A DNA stretch of 64,000 bases, taken from contig OY776215.1 in NCBI GenBank assembly GCA_963675495.1, positions 2,752,001 to 2,816,000 of the forward strand, written 5' to 3'. Positions 41,372 through 51,822 of this stretch are shown here, one piece after another; the stretch's first letter is position 1, and every line of letters starts with the position of its first letter. Source of the DNA: an uncultured Methanolobus sp. (GTDB lineage Archaea; Halobacteriota; Methanosarcinia; Methanosarcinales; Methanosarcinaceae). The translations under genes and the position numbers were made by a program. Under the pieces are notes generated by a model. The model was given only the letters and a program-made list of their open reading frames with translations. It was not told the origin of the DNA and did no database searches.

Positions 41372-41478
41372 AAATAACCAGAGGTTATGATATATACCTA
41401 GACTAAAATACTGTTCTTTGTTAACAGTGAGAAATTAAAGATCACTGTAAAAACCAATCTAAGTTTTGGAGGAAAATT

Positions 41479-43383
41479 ATGAAAGCAGCAATCTTGAACC
41501 AATTAGCGGAAGCTGTAGTCGACGGTGACGACGACCTGGCAGAAGAACTCGCACAAAAAGCCCTTGAAGACGGAGTGGATCCTTACGAGGCAATTGTGGA
41601 CGGACTTGCAAAAGGAATGATCATTGTAAGTGACAAATATGAAAAGGGTGAAGCCTTTGTGCCACACCTGCTCATCGCATCCGGTGCCATGTATGCAGGT
41701 ATGGACATACTGACCCCACATATGAAAGTAGAGGCTGGAACACAACGTTCAGTAGGTGTTATAGGAACCATCGAGGGAGATGTCCACGATATCGGAAAGA
41801 ACCTTGTTAAGACAATGATGTCTGCATCAGGTTTTGATATGGTCGATCTGGGTCACGATGTACCAGTCGAGAAATTCATTGAAGTGGCGAAGGAGAAAAA
41901 AGCAGACCTGGTTTCCATGAGTGCTTTGATGACCACTACCATGACCAACATGGAAAGGGTAATTGAGATGCTGCAGGAGGAAGGTATCAGAGATTCCCTC
42001 ATAGTCATGATAGGAGGAGCGCCTGTTTCCCCCGAATTCGCAGAAAAGATCGGTGCAGACTCTACACATCCTGATTCCCTTGCAGCTACGGAATGGGCAA
42101 AGGATGCAGTAAGCAAACTTGCTCCTGCTGAACAGAGATGGAGTGAGGAGAAAATATCACTTGGCAAGGTCAAATACAGAGAGATCCTGTCTAAAAAGAC
42201 GGTAAAAGGAAAGACAGATGTAGGCTTGGAAACTGCAAAGCAGATCATTGCAGACTTTGAGAGTGTAGCTGTCAAGACGAAAGAAGAAATGACCCATATG
42301 GACAGGACACTGGCTGCAATGGGCGATAAAAAGGTCGACAGATTACCGGTATATCCTCTGGCTTGCGGAGTTTTGAGGAAATTTGCCGATGTTAATTACA
42401 AACAGTATGCTACTGACATCAATGCGTTCGTTGAGAGCGCTTACCTTGGATCCAAATATCTGGATACGGACATGTTCGTGGGACTCATTGATCTTTCTGC
42501 AACATCAGCTGACTTTGGATGTAAGATCAAGTACCCAGAAGATGATACACCTTCATCCGAAGGACACCTTGAGGCATATGAAAGTATAGAAGTTCCTGAG
42601 GTCAAGGAAGGTACTCGTGCTTATGAGCTTGTAATGGCTTCCAAGGCGGCTACTGAGAAACTTAACAAGGAGCTCGATACCCCATTTGTCGGATTCCATG
42701 AAGGTCCCCTGCTTACCCTTACCCAACTCATGGGTGCAGACCGTGTCCTGATGGACATGAAGACAAATCCTGATGTGGTGCTTGAAGCTGTCCAGAAATG
42801 TACAGATTACATCTGCCAGGTATCTGAACTGTTCTTTGAAGAAAGTGCCTGTAATGCACTGTGTATCGACAACCTCTGGTCCAACAATGTGATCATGAGC
42901 GAGGAAGACTACTGGAAGTTCGACGGTAAGTTCGTATACGATCAGCACCTGCCGATCTTCAAGCAATACGACCAGCCATACATAATACACAACTGTGCAG
43001 ATGCGGTACACTTTGAAACACAGATCAAGAAATTCGGAACTCAGCTGTACAGCTACGCATACTATCCGAAACTAAGGGGCAAGGGTTCACAGAACTATGC
43101 AGACCTGATTCCAAAGTATGGTGATATGTGTTGTATGATGGGAGAGGTCAATCCGGTAGAGTTCATGGATAATACCCCAGAAGGTGTCCAGAAGGTAACT
43201 GATGACACAAAGGATCTGCTTGAAGGTGTGCTTCCTGTGCTCAAGGAGAACGGACTGCAATCCAAGTATGTCATGTCATCTGGTTGTGAAATCCCACCAG
43301 GAGGACCGCTTACGACCGTGAAGGCAATGGTGGATACAGTAAAGGAACTGGGTCCAGACCTTCAGAAACAGATATTCGGATAA
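41479..43383 (+). CDS. Methyl-sulfide methyltransferase, corrinoid protein-MT2 fusion (MtsD/F/H family)
   Basis: N-terminal B12 cap and GDVHDIG corrinoid motif (SALMTTT, MIGGAP) fused to a URO-D/MtaA fold with HNC…SGCEIP zinc ligands. Confidence 0.9.
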   Translation: MKAAILNQLAEAVVDGDDDLAEELAQKALEDGVDPYEAIVDGLAKGMIIVSDKYEKGEAFVPHLLIASGAMYAGMDILTPHMKVEAGTQRSVGVIGTIEGDVHDIGKNLVKTMMSASGFDMVDLGHDVPVEKFIEVAKEKKADLVSMSALMTTTMTNMERVIEMLQEEGIRDSLIVMIGGAPVSPEFAEKIGADSTHPDSLAATEWAKDAVSKLAPAEQRWSEEKISLGKVKYREILSKKTVKGKTDVGLETAKQIIADFESVAVKTKEEMTHMDRTLAAMGDKKVDRLPVYPLACGVLRKFADVNYKQYATDINAFVESAYLGSKYLDTDMFVGLIDLSATSADFGCKIKYPEDDTPSSEGHLEAYESIEVPEVKEGTRAYELVMASKAATEKLNKELDTPFVGFHEGPLLTLTQLMGADRVLMDMKTNPDVVLEAVQKCTDYICQVSELFFEESACNALCIDNLWSNNVIMSEEDYWKFDGKFVYDQHLPIFKQYDQPYIIHNCADAVHFETQIKKFGTQLYSYAYYPKLRGKGSQNYADLIPKYGDMCCMMGEVNPVEFMDNTPEGVQKVTDDTKDLLEGVLPVLKENGLQSKYVMSSGCEIPPGGPLTTVKAMVDTVKELGPDLQKQIFG

Positions 43384-43546
43384 GCAGAAACTATCACTTC
43401 CCCTGCTTTTCCTTTTTTACTCATGCGTGATTGGAAAATCACTTTATGAGGTCTATATCCATTGGGTGGCAAACCCCCTATCTCCACAAAGGAGGGGGTA
43501 AACCACTCCACCTCCACATAAACTCTCCACATAAAAGGTGATAACA

Positions 43547-45481
43547 ATGAATCTCGGGCTTGGCATAGACACTGGCGGCACATATACAGATGCCGTGATC
43601 ATGGATCTTGAAGATGGATCAATAATAGATTCAAACAAATCGCTTACTACTTACCCTGACCTGATCAAGGGCATAATAAATTCAATTGATGGCCTTAAAG
43701 CCAAGTATCTTGCTAATGTGAGATTCACTTCAGTATCCACCACACTTGCTACTAACACCACACTGGAGGGTAAAGGATACCCTGCAGGTCTCATACTTAT
43801 TGGCTATAATATCTCCCGAAAAATTCCGACAGACCATATTATTTCCATAGAAGGTGGTCATGATGCCGATGGCAATGAAGTAGAACCACTGGGCAATCTG
43901 GAGAAATTGAAAGAATTTGTAAAAACGAATCAAAACAAAGTCTCTTCCTTTGCCGTATCATCGTATTTCGGAGTACGTAATCCGGAACATGAACTGATAA
44001 TCAAAGAGATGATACAGGATATGACAGACCTCCCCGTTGTTTGCGGACATGAACTTTCCATGGAACTTGGAGCTTACGAAAGGGCATTGACAGCACTTCT
44101 TAATGCCCAGCTGATTCCGGTAATAGACCAGTTCATAAGGTCTGTAAGGTCAGTGATGCAGGATAAGAACATCAATTCAGTCTTAATGATGATGAGATGT
44201 GACGGATCACTTGTCAGGATCGAAGAGGCACTTAAAAAACCAGTGGAATCCATTTTTTCCGGACCTGCTGCGAGCCTGCTGGGCGCTGCACATCTAACAG
44301 GTCTCAAAGAGTGCCTGACCATAGATGTAGGAGGTACGAGTACGGACATCTCTATGATCCTCGATGGCATGCCCGCTATCAGCAGTTCCGGTGCTGTTGT
44401 CGGAGACTGGGATACAATGGTCAAGGCTATCAAAATGAACACCTCTGCTATTGGAGGTGACAGTCATGTATGGATGCGGGAAAAAGCGTATATCGGACCT
44501 AACAGGGTCATACCATTATGCCTTTGCGCTGCCGAATTCCCTTCCATAATAAGTAAACTGCAGAACGCTGAAAATATATCAAGTCGTATAATGAACGATA
44601 TCATCCAGCCAACAACATTCTTCATGTCCAATGGAGCAAAATCCCATTCCCTGCACACTTCTGGACTGGAGGTGGAAGAGATGCAGATATTTGATGCCAT
44701 CACAGACGAACCTTCATCGATATCAGATATTGCCTCAAGGACAAGTAAGCATCCTCTGATTTTCGAAGGCATCTTGAGAAAGCTCATACAGAAAAGATAT
44801 GTAAGACAGGTGGGTTTCACCCCGACAGATGTCCTTCATGTGACCGGTGACTATACCAGATGGGATCCCGATGCATCAATTTTAGCAGCTTCGATCCTTT
44901 CAGAATATACTTCCATCGATTCCTTGGATTTCTGTACCAAACTCAAAGAAGACGTATCTAAAAGTATTGTACTCAATCTCATTGCACACTGTGCAGATAA
45001 CGTAAATAAAACCGATCTGGAAAAACTATTGGATGGCACAGAATTAATGAAATTCACGATAAAGACCCCTGTGGTAATGGTGGGTGCCCCTGTAGCTGCA
45101 TACATGAAAGATATGAAATATTTCATTGATGCAGATATAAGGATTCCGCAGTACCATGAAGTGGGTAATGCTGTAGGTGCCCTTGTCGGTAATGTGGTGT
45201 ACAGGGAAGAAGTGCTGATAAGACCAGCAGGCTCGGGTAGTTCACAGTATCTGGTCTTCTCTGAAAAAGGAAGACAAATGTTCGATGATTATCAGGATGC
45301 TCTTGACATGGCCAATGCCCTTGTCAACAGCACAGTTTCAGAGTATATGTCCGGCTATGGATTAAGTATGGACAATGTAAAGTTCGATCTTGAATATAAC
45401 GACATCGGGAGTATTGGAACGGTGCCCCTTGAGACAAAAATAGTAGGGGTGGCCGTTGGTTCCCCCAGGAGAGTAATATGA
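43547..45481 (+). CDS. Hydantoinase/oxoprolinase A-family ATP-binding protein
   Basis: GIDTGGTYTDA, STTLATN, SGPAAS, DVGGTSTDI and VGNAVGA motifs. Confidence 0.88.
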   Translation: MNLGLGIDTGGTYTDAVIMDLEDGSIIDSNKSLTTYPDLIKGIINSIDGLKAKYLANVRFTSVSTTLATNTTLEGKGYPAGLILIGYNISRKIPTDHIISIEGGHDADGNEVEPLGNLEKLKEFVKTNQNKVSSFAVSSYFGVRNPEHELIIKEMIQDMTDLPVVCGHELSMELGAYERALTALLNAQLIPVIDQFIRSVRSVMQDKNINSVLMMMRCDGSLVRIEEALKKPVESIFSGPAASLLGAAHLTGLKECLTIDVGGTSTDISMILDGMPAISSSGAVVGDWDTMVKAIKMNTSAIGGDSHVWMREKAYIGPNRVIPLCLCAAEFPSIISKLQNAENISSRIMNDIIQPTTFFMSNGAKSHSLHTSGLEVEEMQIFDAITDEPSSISDIASRTSKHPLIFEGILRKLIQKRYVRQVGFTPTDVLHVTGDYTRWDPDASILAASILSEYTSIDSLDFCTKLKEDVSKSIVLNLIAHCADNVNKTDLEKLLDGTELMKFTIKTPVVMVGAPVAAYMKDMKYFIDADIRIPQYHEVGNAVGALVGNVVYREEVLIRPAGSGSSQYLVFSEKGRQMFDDYQDALDMANALVNSTVSEYMSGYGLSMDNVKFDLEYNDIGSIGTVPLETKIVGVAVGSPRRVI

Positions 45482-47103
45482 GCACTTCACTGGAACATGT
45501 GGGAAATATGAATGCGGGAAATATGAATGCACTTGATAACATGGATGCATTGCGTCAAAGTGTGCGTAATCGTATTGGGATCAAGGATGATGCTGAAGAA
45601 GATGGTCTGATATATGAGATGCTTCATGCTTCCAGAGACATCAAGGACCTCCTTGTATCCTCTTTTGGGCCACGCGGATCGAGCAAGATAATAATCAGCC
45701 CAACAGATGATGTTTATTTGACAAGTGACGGCAAGACCATAATCGAACAGATCGATGTGTTGCATCCCGTGGTCACGTCCCTCAAAGAACTTTCCATGTC
45801 CATGGACAGGGTATGTGGTGATGGTACAAAGACCGCAGTGATCATCGCTGCTTCTCTAATCGAGAATGCTGCAAAACTCGTAGATTATGGTCTGCATCCA
45901 ACAACCATCATAAAAGGATACCAGCTTGCTCTGAACAAAGTGTACGATATCCTCAACTATGAGAGTATTCGGATAAGTTCTGATAGCGACCTTCATTCTG
46001 TCATAGAGAATGCCAGCCTGAGTAAAGGGGCTGAACCCCATCAGGCCCGGATAATAGCTGATATTGTTCTGAAGACACTTACAAATATCAGGGATAAGTA
46101 TGGTGATGGTCACATAGATCTAAACGATTATGTCAAAATTATAAAAAAGGTAGGCTCCCCATCTATAGAATCTATTTCAGGAATGGTTCTGGATGAAAGA
46201 CCTGCAAGATCAGACATGCCTTATCATCTGGAAAATGCAAGCGTCCTTATGATCAATGGCAATGTGAAATTTGAGAGTAATATCATAAATTCCCAGCGCA
46301 ATCTAAGAATAGATGATCTCGCCGATTCAAAGCTTATCTTCCATGGCCAGGAACGAAATTTGAAAGCCATGTCACAGAAGATAATTGATTCCGGAGCTAA
46401 CGTTGTCTTTTGTGAAGGAGATGTGGATGAATCTGTTGAGGGTTCACTTGCAAAACATGATATTCTGCTTTTCCAAAAGCTGAAGATCAGGGATATGGAG
46501 ATGGTCTCAAAGGCAACAGGCGCAAGTATTCTTTCCATCAGGGATGATATACTTCCTCATAACCTGGGTTTTGCCGATGAGGCGAAGGTCGAAAAAAGAA
46601 ACGATGAGCATTTCCTTTTTCTTTCTGTCAGTGATCAGCTGATATCCACGATCATGATATGGGAGCCTTTTAGATATGGTCTTGAAAAGATCGAGGAAGC
46701 AGTAGATGATGCAGTCAATAATGCTGCATTCATACTCAAGAACCCACTTGCCGTCAGAGGAGGAGGGGATATCGAATTTGTGCTCTCACAGATGCTCAGA
46801 CAGTATTCTTCCACGATTGTTGGGAAAGAGCAACTCGCAGTTATCGAATATGCAAACGCCCTTGAAGAGATTCCCAGAACACTCGCACGAAACGTGGGTC
46901 TCAATGAAGTGGATGCGATAACGAAAATGCTCCATTCCTATAACAAGGGAATCGACAGCAGAATTGATCTTACACGAGATATCGTTGCCAACAACCCTCC
47001 AGTATATGATTCTTTCAGTATTAAGCAAATGGCTATTATCGCGGCAACCGAGGCTGTAAGCAATATGTTGAGAATTGACAAGATCGTATTAAAAAAGTCT
47101 TGA
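45478..47103 (+). CDS. Divergent group II chaperonin (thermosome-like)
   Basis: SSFGPRG, TSDGKTI, GDGTKT, GGG, IPRTLARN and MLRIDKIV motifs; lacks a Gly/Met tail. Confidence 0.88.
   Translation: MSTSLEHVGNMNAGNMNALDNMDALRQSVRNRIGIKDDAEEDGLIYEMLHASRDIKDLLVSSFGPRGSSKIIISPTDDVYLTSDGKTIIEQIDVLHPVVTSLKELSMSMDRVCGDGTKTAVIIAASLIENAAKLVDYGLHPTTIIKGYQLALNKVYDILNYESIRISSDSDLHSVIENASLSKGAEPHQARIIADIVLKTLTNIRDKYGDGHIDLNDYVKIIKKVGSPSIESISGMVLDERPARSDMPYHLENASVLMINGNVKFESNIINSQRNLRIDDLADSKLIFHGQERNLKAMSQKIIDSGANVVFCEGDVDESVEGSLAKHDILLFQKLKIRDMEMVSKATGASILSIRDDILPHNLGFADEAKVEKRNDEHFLFLSVSDQLISTIMIWEPFRYGLEKIEEAVDDAVNNAAFILKNPLAVRGGGDIEFVLSQMLRQYSSTIVGKEQLAVIEYANALEEIPRTLARNVGLNEVDAITKMLHSYNKGIDSRIDLTRDIVANNPPVYDSFSIKQMAIIAATEAVSNMLRIDKIVLKKS
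45501..45530 (+). repeat. Perfect 15-bp tandem duplication in the chaperonin 5' end
   Basis: GGGAAATATGAATGC twice, encoding GNMNA-GNMNA. Confidence 0.9.
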
Positions 47104-47115
47104 TGGAGGAGTTAA

Positions 47116-48240
47116 ATGCCTGATGAAATGACTTCAAAGGAACGTTTTATCCATGCTCTTGAATTAAAAGAAGTGGACAGGGTACCACTGGGATATTTGT
47201 GGTTCGGAGCTGGTAATGCGGTACTTGACCGAATGAATACAAGCATGGAGGATGTGTATTATTCCGCGAAAGGCATTGCCAGAGCGCAGATATTAGCAAG
47301 GGAAATGTATCACCATGACAATGTAATGTCACCGTGGGGATGTTTGCTAGTGGAAGCGGAAGCCCTTGGGGCAAAAATAAACATCAAGAGAGATGCTTAT
47401 CCTACAATAGCAGAATTTCCTTTAATATCTGCAAAAGAATATGAGAATATTGATCCGGTTGCCATAGAACGCTCAGAAAGAGTACAGACAATTGTAGAGT
47501 CCATATACTTGCTCAAAAAAGAGCTTGGAGATAATGTTTTCATAAGCGGTGCACTACTTACTCCTCTCATGCTTGCTTCCCAGTTAATGGAAGGGAGCAG
47601 GATGTTCATTGAAATGATGAGGGATCCGGATAATTTTCATGCACTGCTTGATGTTCTCACTGATAGTTGCATAACCTTTGCAGATATGATGCTTGATGCA
47701 GGTGCAGACGGTGCATTTATTGAGAACGGCAACAGCACTTCGGATCTTTTCAGTCTGGAAATGGCAAAGGAATTTGGTTTTCAGTATTCTAAGAAATTAT
47801 ATTCACACATACAGGATAGAGGAGCTTATGTAATATCGCATAACTGTGCAAACCATACATTCCATGAACTGGAACTGGCTCTTGAACCTGATGCTTTGAA
47901 TTTTTTCTTTGGAAATGTGGAAGCACTCGGGGAAAATTATGGGATAGATTGCCTGAAACTCCACAACCATAAGCACATTGGTTGCAGGGAGAGATACTGT
48001 TTCAGGGATTTCAAAGACTTCAATGATTCAGGCATATGTCTGATGGGAAATATCAATCCCTATACATTCGGTTCAGGAAGGTTTGACAATATCGCTTTTG
48101 AAGTGAAGAGTTGTATGGCTGCAGCTCCGGATAAGGGATTCATACTATCCACCGGGTGTGAGATACCACTGGATACACCTCATGAAGAGATGGATATTCT
48201 CTGGGAATCAATGAGACCTTATTTTAAGCAGGGGGAATAA
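47116..48240 (+). CDS. MtaA/URO-D family methylcobamide methyltransferase (MT2-like)
   Basis: MTSKERF…VDRVP, VEAEALGA, SHNC and LSTGCEIP motifs. Confidence 0.85.
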   Translation: MPDEMTSKERFIHALELKEVDRVPLGYLWFGAGNAVLDRMNTSMEDVYYSAKGIARAQILAREMYHHDNVMSPWGCLLVEAEALGAKINIKRDAYPTIAEFPLISAKEYENIDPVAIERSERVQTIVESIYLLKKELGDNVFISGALLTPLMLASQLMEGSRMFIEMMRDPDNFHALLDVLTDSCITFADMMLDAGADGAFIENGNSTSDLFSLEMAKEFGFQYSKKLYSHIQDRGAYVISHNCANHTFHELELALEPDALNFFFGNVEALGENYGIDCLKLHNHKHIGCRERYCFRDFKDFNDSGICLMGNINPYTFGSGRFDNIAFEVKSCMAAAPDKGFILSTGCEIPLDTPHEEMDILWESMRPYFKQGE

Positions 48241-48241
48241 A

Positions 48242-49888
48242 ATGTACGGAATAGCATTAGATGTGGGAACCAGCGGCTTTAGGGCGCAATTGATAGACAT
48301 GGAAACAAAGGAAATTGTTAAGACTTCAATGACAATGAAGCATCCGTTGCCAGGTGGGAACGTGACGGATCATCTCGACTTTGCCATATCTATTGGAGAG
48401 GATGTGGCACACAGTATCATCATAGATGCTGTCGAGAAAATGATCGAAAGATTCGATGTTGATACATCGCAGATATCAAAGATGGCTGTCTGCGGTAACC
48501 CGATACAGCTCTCCCTTTTCCAGAATTCGGAAATACGTGATCTGGCCTATGCGGGGAGAAACATGCGAAAAAGACTGGGTATAGGTGACGTACAACGTGA
48601 TGCCCGGATATTCCCGGCTATGGATATATTCCACGGAACCTTAAACCTTGGGAATTGTGAGATTATCATTCCACCTGCAATCGAGCATGAGATCGGTGCC
48701 GATGCGCTTGCCATGATGGTTGAAACGGATTTTCTCGAACAGGAAGAACCAACTCTTGTAACGGATTATGGAACGAACGCTGAGATGGCCATAAAGGTAG
48801 GCAACAGGATAGTCACAGCAAGTGCTGCGGCCGGACCTGCTATAGAAGGACAGGGCATAAGTTGCGGTATGCTCGCAGCCCCGGGAGCGATTACCGATGT
48901 TAATCTGGAGAATGGCTTCTGGAGAATATCTGTACTGGATGAGAACATGGAAGCTGCAAAAGGCCACCTTATAGACCCGGTAAGCGGAACGATACTTGAA
49001 GGGTCGGATATAGTACCGGCTGGTATCACGGGAACCGGCCTAATTTCAATATTATCTCTTGCGATCGAGACAGGGATTATAATAAGTCCGCCTAAACTAA
49101 AGTACGGGAAGATCGAACTTGGTGGTGGTATAGAGGTATCAGAAACTGATATAAAAGAGGCTGGTAAGGCCATAGGTGCCATAAGGGCTTCTCAGCTGAC
49201 CCTGATACATGAATCCGGTATCGCCTATGAAGAACTTGAAACTATGTATATGAGCGGTGCTTCAGGAACCTATGTTGATCCTTTCAAAGCAAGAAAAATA
49301 GGGTCATGTCCGGATTTTACAAAGAAAACAGTGCAATTCGGGAATACTTCCCTGAACCTTGCAAGAGACATAGTTCTTGAAAAAGTAAAACTTGATACAT
49401 TGATCGAATTGGCGGGGCATATAAAGGCTGATCATCTTATGATGGCAACCAGTGAAACTTTCAAAATGTTCTACGCTTGCGAGTTGGGATACTGGACAGA
49501 GGGTATGTCCATGGATATATATCGGAAACTTTTGAAGGTATATAAATTGCCACAACTACCAGCTCCCATGGAAGATCCGGTCATTGAAAAAAGGGTCCAC
49601 AAAGATATCAGTGAGACAGGTACAGGTCGGGTAGAAGTGATAGATGACATAGGTGTCACTCTTGAAGAAATGGCAATTGGATGCATAATGTGCCACAGAT
49701 GTGAAAAAGAATGTCCTGAACAAGCAATATTCATTAATGCAGCTGATGATCTCTTTGCAGAGTACAATACTCTGAAATGTCTGGGAACGGCGTGTAAAAG
49801 ATGTGTAAATGCGTGTCCGGTACATGCAATTGACTACAAGGAAATAAAGATCATGAACGAAAGACCACTTTCAGGTCTTTCGGCATAA
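48242..49888 (+). CDS. Ram-family ATP-dependent corrinoid reductive activase (RamA/RamS-like)
   Basis: YGIALDVGTSGFRAQ, HPLPGGNV, EIGADALAM and DYGTNAE, plus two C-terminal [4Fe-4S] motifs. Confidence 0.92.
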   Translation: MYGIALDVGTSGFRAQLIDMETKEIVKTSMTMKHPLPGGNVTDHLDFAISIGEDVAHSIIIDAVEKMIERFDVDTSQISKMAVCGNPIQLSLFQNSEIRDLAYAGRNMRKRLGIGDVQRDARIFPAMDIFHGTLNLGNCEIIIPPAIEHEIGADALAMMVETDFLEQEEPTLVTDYGTNAEMAIKVGNRIVTASAAAGPAIEGQGISCGMLAAPGAITDVNLENGFWRISVLDENMEAAKGHLIDPVSGTILEGSDIVPAGITGTGLISILSLAIETGIIISPPKLKYGKIELGGGIEVSETDIKEAGKAIGAIRASQLTLIHESGIAYEELETMYMSGASGTYVDPFKARKIGSCPDFTKKTVQFGNTSLNLARDIVLEKVKLDTLIELAGHIKADHLMMATSETFKMFYACELGYWTEGMSMDIYRKLLKVYKLPQLPAPMEDPVIEKRVHKDISETGTGRVEVIDDIGVTLEEMAIGCIMCHRCEKECPEQAIFINAADDLFAEYNTLKCLGTACKRCVNACPVHAIDYKEIKIMNERPLSGLSA

Positions 49889-49903
49889 ACCAGGAGAATC
49901 TCA

Positions 49904-50218
49904 ATGACAGAAGTAAAAGTCAATTCCAATATATGTGGGTTCACCCATATTATCAGGGGAAGAAAGGATGGTCAAAAGATAATTGTGGACATTGATAGTC
50001 CATGTGAGAAGATTAAAAAGACGTCTCACCTGGAAGTCGATATGATGGATCTTTTTGATATAAAAGATAATCATATAATGGAAAAGGCCAAAGAGGCCAG
50101 ATGTTCTTCTACCTGCCTTGTACCCTGTGCAGTGATGAATGTATGTTGCATCGAAGCAAGTTTCATGTCGGGCAATCTTGCCAGGAATACAGGAAGTGTC
50201 AGTATCGAATTTATGTGA
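49904..50218 (+). CDS. Small Cys-rich protein following the Ram activase gene
   Basis: 104 aa with RBS AGGAG; ICGFTH…SPC…CSSTCLVPC. Confidence 0.75.
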   Translation: MTEVKVNSNICGFTHIIRGRKDGQKIIVDIDSPCEKIKKTSHLEVDMMDLFDIKDNHIMEKAKEARCSSTCLVPCAVMNVCCIEASFMSGNLARNTGSVSIEFM

Positions 50219-50327
50219 GCATATTTTTTATTAAAGTGAAGAACATAAGAATATCATTTAGAATTACAAGACAGATGCCATAAATACATGTAATTTAAAA
50301 GGATGGTATTATATTAGCGAAGCAACA

Positions 50328-51371
50328 TTGAATATCTCAAAAAAATTCCAGGATATACTGGATGGAAAAAAGGTGGATATTCCTCTTGCAGGTACTGTCA
50401 CTACAGCAGGAATACTTGACCTGATGGACATTTCCGGAGCTTGCAGACCTGAAGCCGACAGTAATCCGGAAAAAATGGCAAAACTGGCAGCTTCCTTACA
50501 CACGGACGCAAAGCTTGAGGTCATACGTATTCCATTTGATGTGACGGTGATTGGCGAGGCACTTGGCTGTCAGATCGATTCTGGTACAAAGGCAAGAACT
50601 CCATCAGTGATCACTAATCCATTTGAGGACGGGCCTGAAGATCTTGGGATACCCAGCGATTTACTGGAACGGGGAAGAATACCTGTTGTAATGGAAGCGA
50701 TCTCCCTTCTCAAGAACGATGCGGGATTAAACGTGCCTTTAGTTGCAGGTATTGAAGGGCCTGCTGATCTTTCTTCTTATCTTTGCGGGATTAGATCGTT
50801 CTTGAAGTGGACTGTAAAGAAACCTGAAACTGCAAAGAATATCATCGAAAAATGTATTGATGCCTGCATTACTTGTGCTAATGCCTATCTTCTTTCAGGT
50901 GCAGATGCAGTCGTGATCGCAGATGCTCTGTCTTCTCCGGAGATGATGGGTCCTGATGCATTCAGGCAAATTGTAAAGCCTGCACTGATAAGGTTCAATA
51001 AAAGCATAAGAGGCCATAGCATACTTCACATATGCGGGGAAACGGATAGTATTATGCCAGACATGCTTGAATGTGGTTTTAGTGCTATAAGCATCGAAGA
51101 GAATGTGAAGGGCCTGAAATATATGGTCGATAGTGCACACAGGAACAATACAGCAATAATCGGGAATATTTCTACCTCAGACACCCTGTATAGAAAGACA
51201 CCGGAAGATGTCAGAAAAGAGGCTTTCCAATGCCTTGATGCAAATATCGATATACTTGCTCCTGGTTGTGGTATGGCTCCTGAGACACCTTTAAAGAACA
51301 TTCTGGCCATGGTCAAGGCAAGGGATGAGTTCTTTGAACAAAATATTCTGATTATAAAAGGCCCTAACTAA
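50328..51371 (+). CDS. Methylcobamide:CoM methyltransferase (MtaA/MtsA family)
   Basis: IPFDVTVIGEALGC, LHICGE and LAPGCG zinc motifs. Confidence 0.9.
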   Translation: MNISKKFQDILDGKKVDIPLAGTVTTAGILDLMDISGACRPEADSNPEKMAKLAASLHTDAKLEVIRIPFDVTVIGEALGCQIDSGTKARTPSVITNPFEDGPEDLGIPSDLLERGRIPVVMEAISLLKNDAGLNVPLVAGIEGPADLSSYLCGIRSFLKWTVKKPETAKNIIEKCIDACITCANAYLLSGADAVVIADALSSPEMMGPDAFRQIVKPALIRFNKSIRGHSILHICGETDSIMPDMLECGFSAISIEENVKGLKYMVDSAHRNNTAIIGNISTSDTLYRKTPEDVRKEAFQCLDANIDILAPGCGMAPETPLKNILAMVKARDEFFEQNILIIKGPN

Positions 51372-51822
51372 ACAGATTGTGGTATTTTTTCATGAAGATA
51401 TACTTTGTGATTTTCTCCATAAAATAATCCTTTACAAAACTAGATTTAATGTAAAAATTAATACCCTTTTTCAATATGCCTTTTCAAATCAGTTGGCTAA
51501 TAGCTAGGTTCAGTACTTCTCTTATTTCCCCTCTTTTTTCTTACCACTACCTATTTAGTTCAAAAACTGCACTGCCAATTGAATCCTTAATTTCATTCTA
51601 ATCCATTGCTCAGCAAACAGTACAAATATATCAAACCTGAACTTGCTATCATCAATTATCTCAGGAACTTGCTTTAAGATCGTAAAATGCTTTTTCTGAA
51701 TGCATAGCCATGTATTTGTAAGAAGGAACGATAGTAATGCAAAGAAGTACTGAAATTGACTTTAATTCCTGATTTGAAAATAGCAGTTGCATTAAAAATT
51801 TAAAGGACAGTTGCGTCCTTTA

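Noticed and set aside
41479-51371. Possible pyrrolysine (in-frame TAG) read-through in the methyltransferase cluster
   Set aside because: All ORFs here are full length and end in TAA or TGA, and no MtmB/MtbB/MttB-like gene is present. TAG stops elsewhere (sua5, gyrA) are followed by another stop within a few codons.
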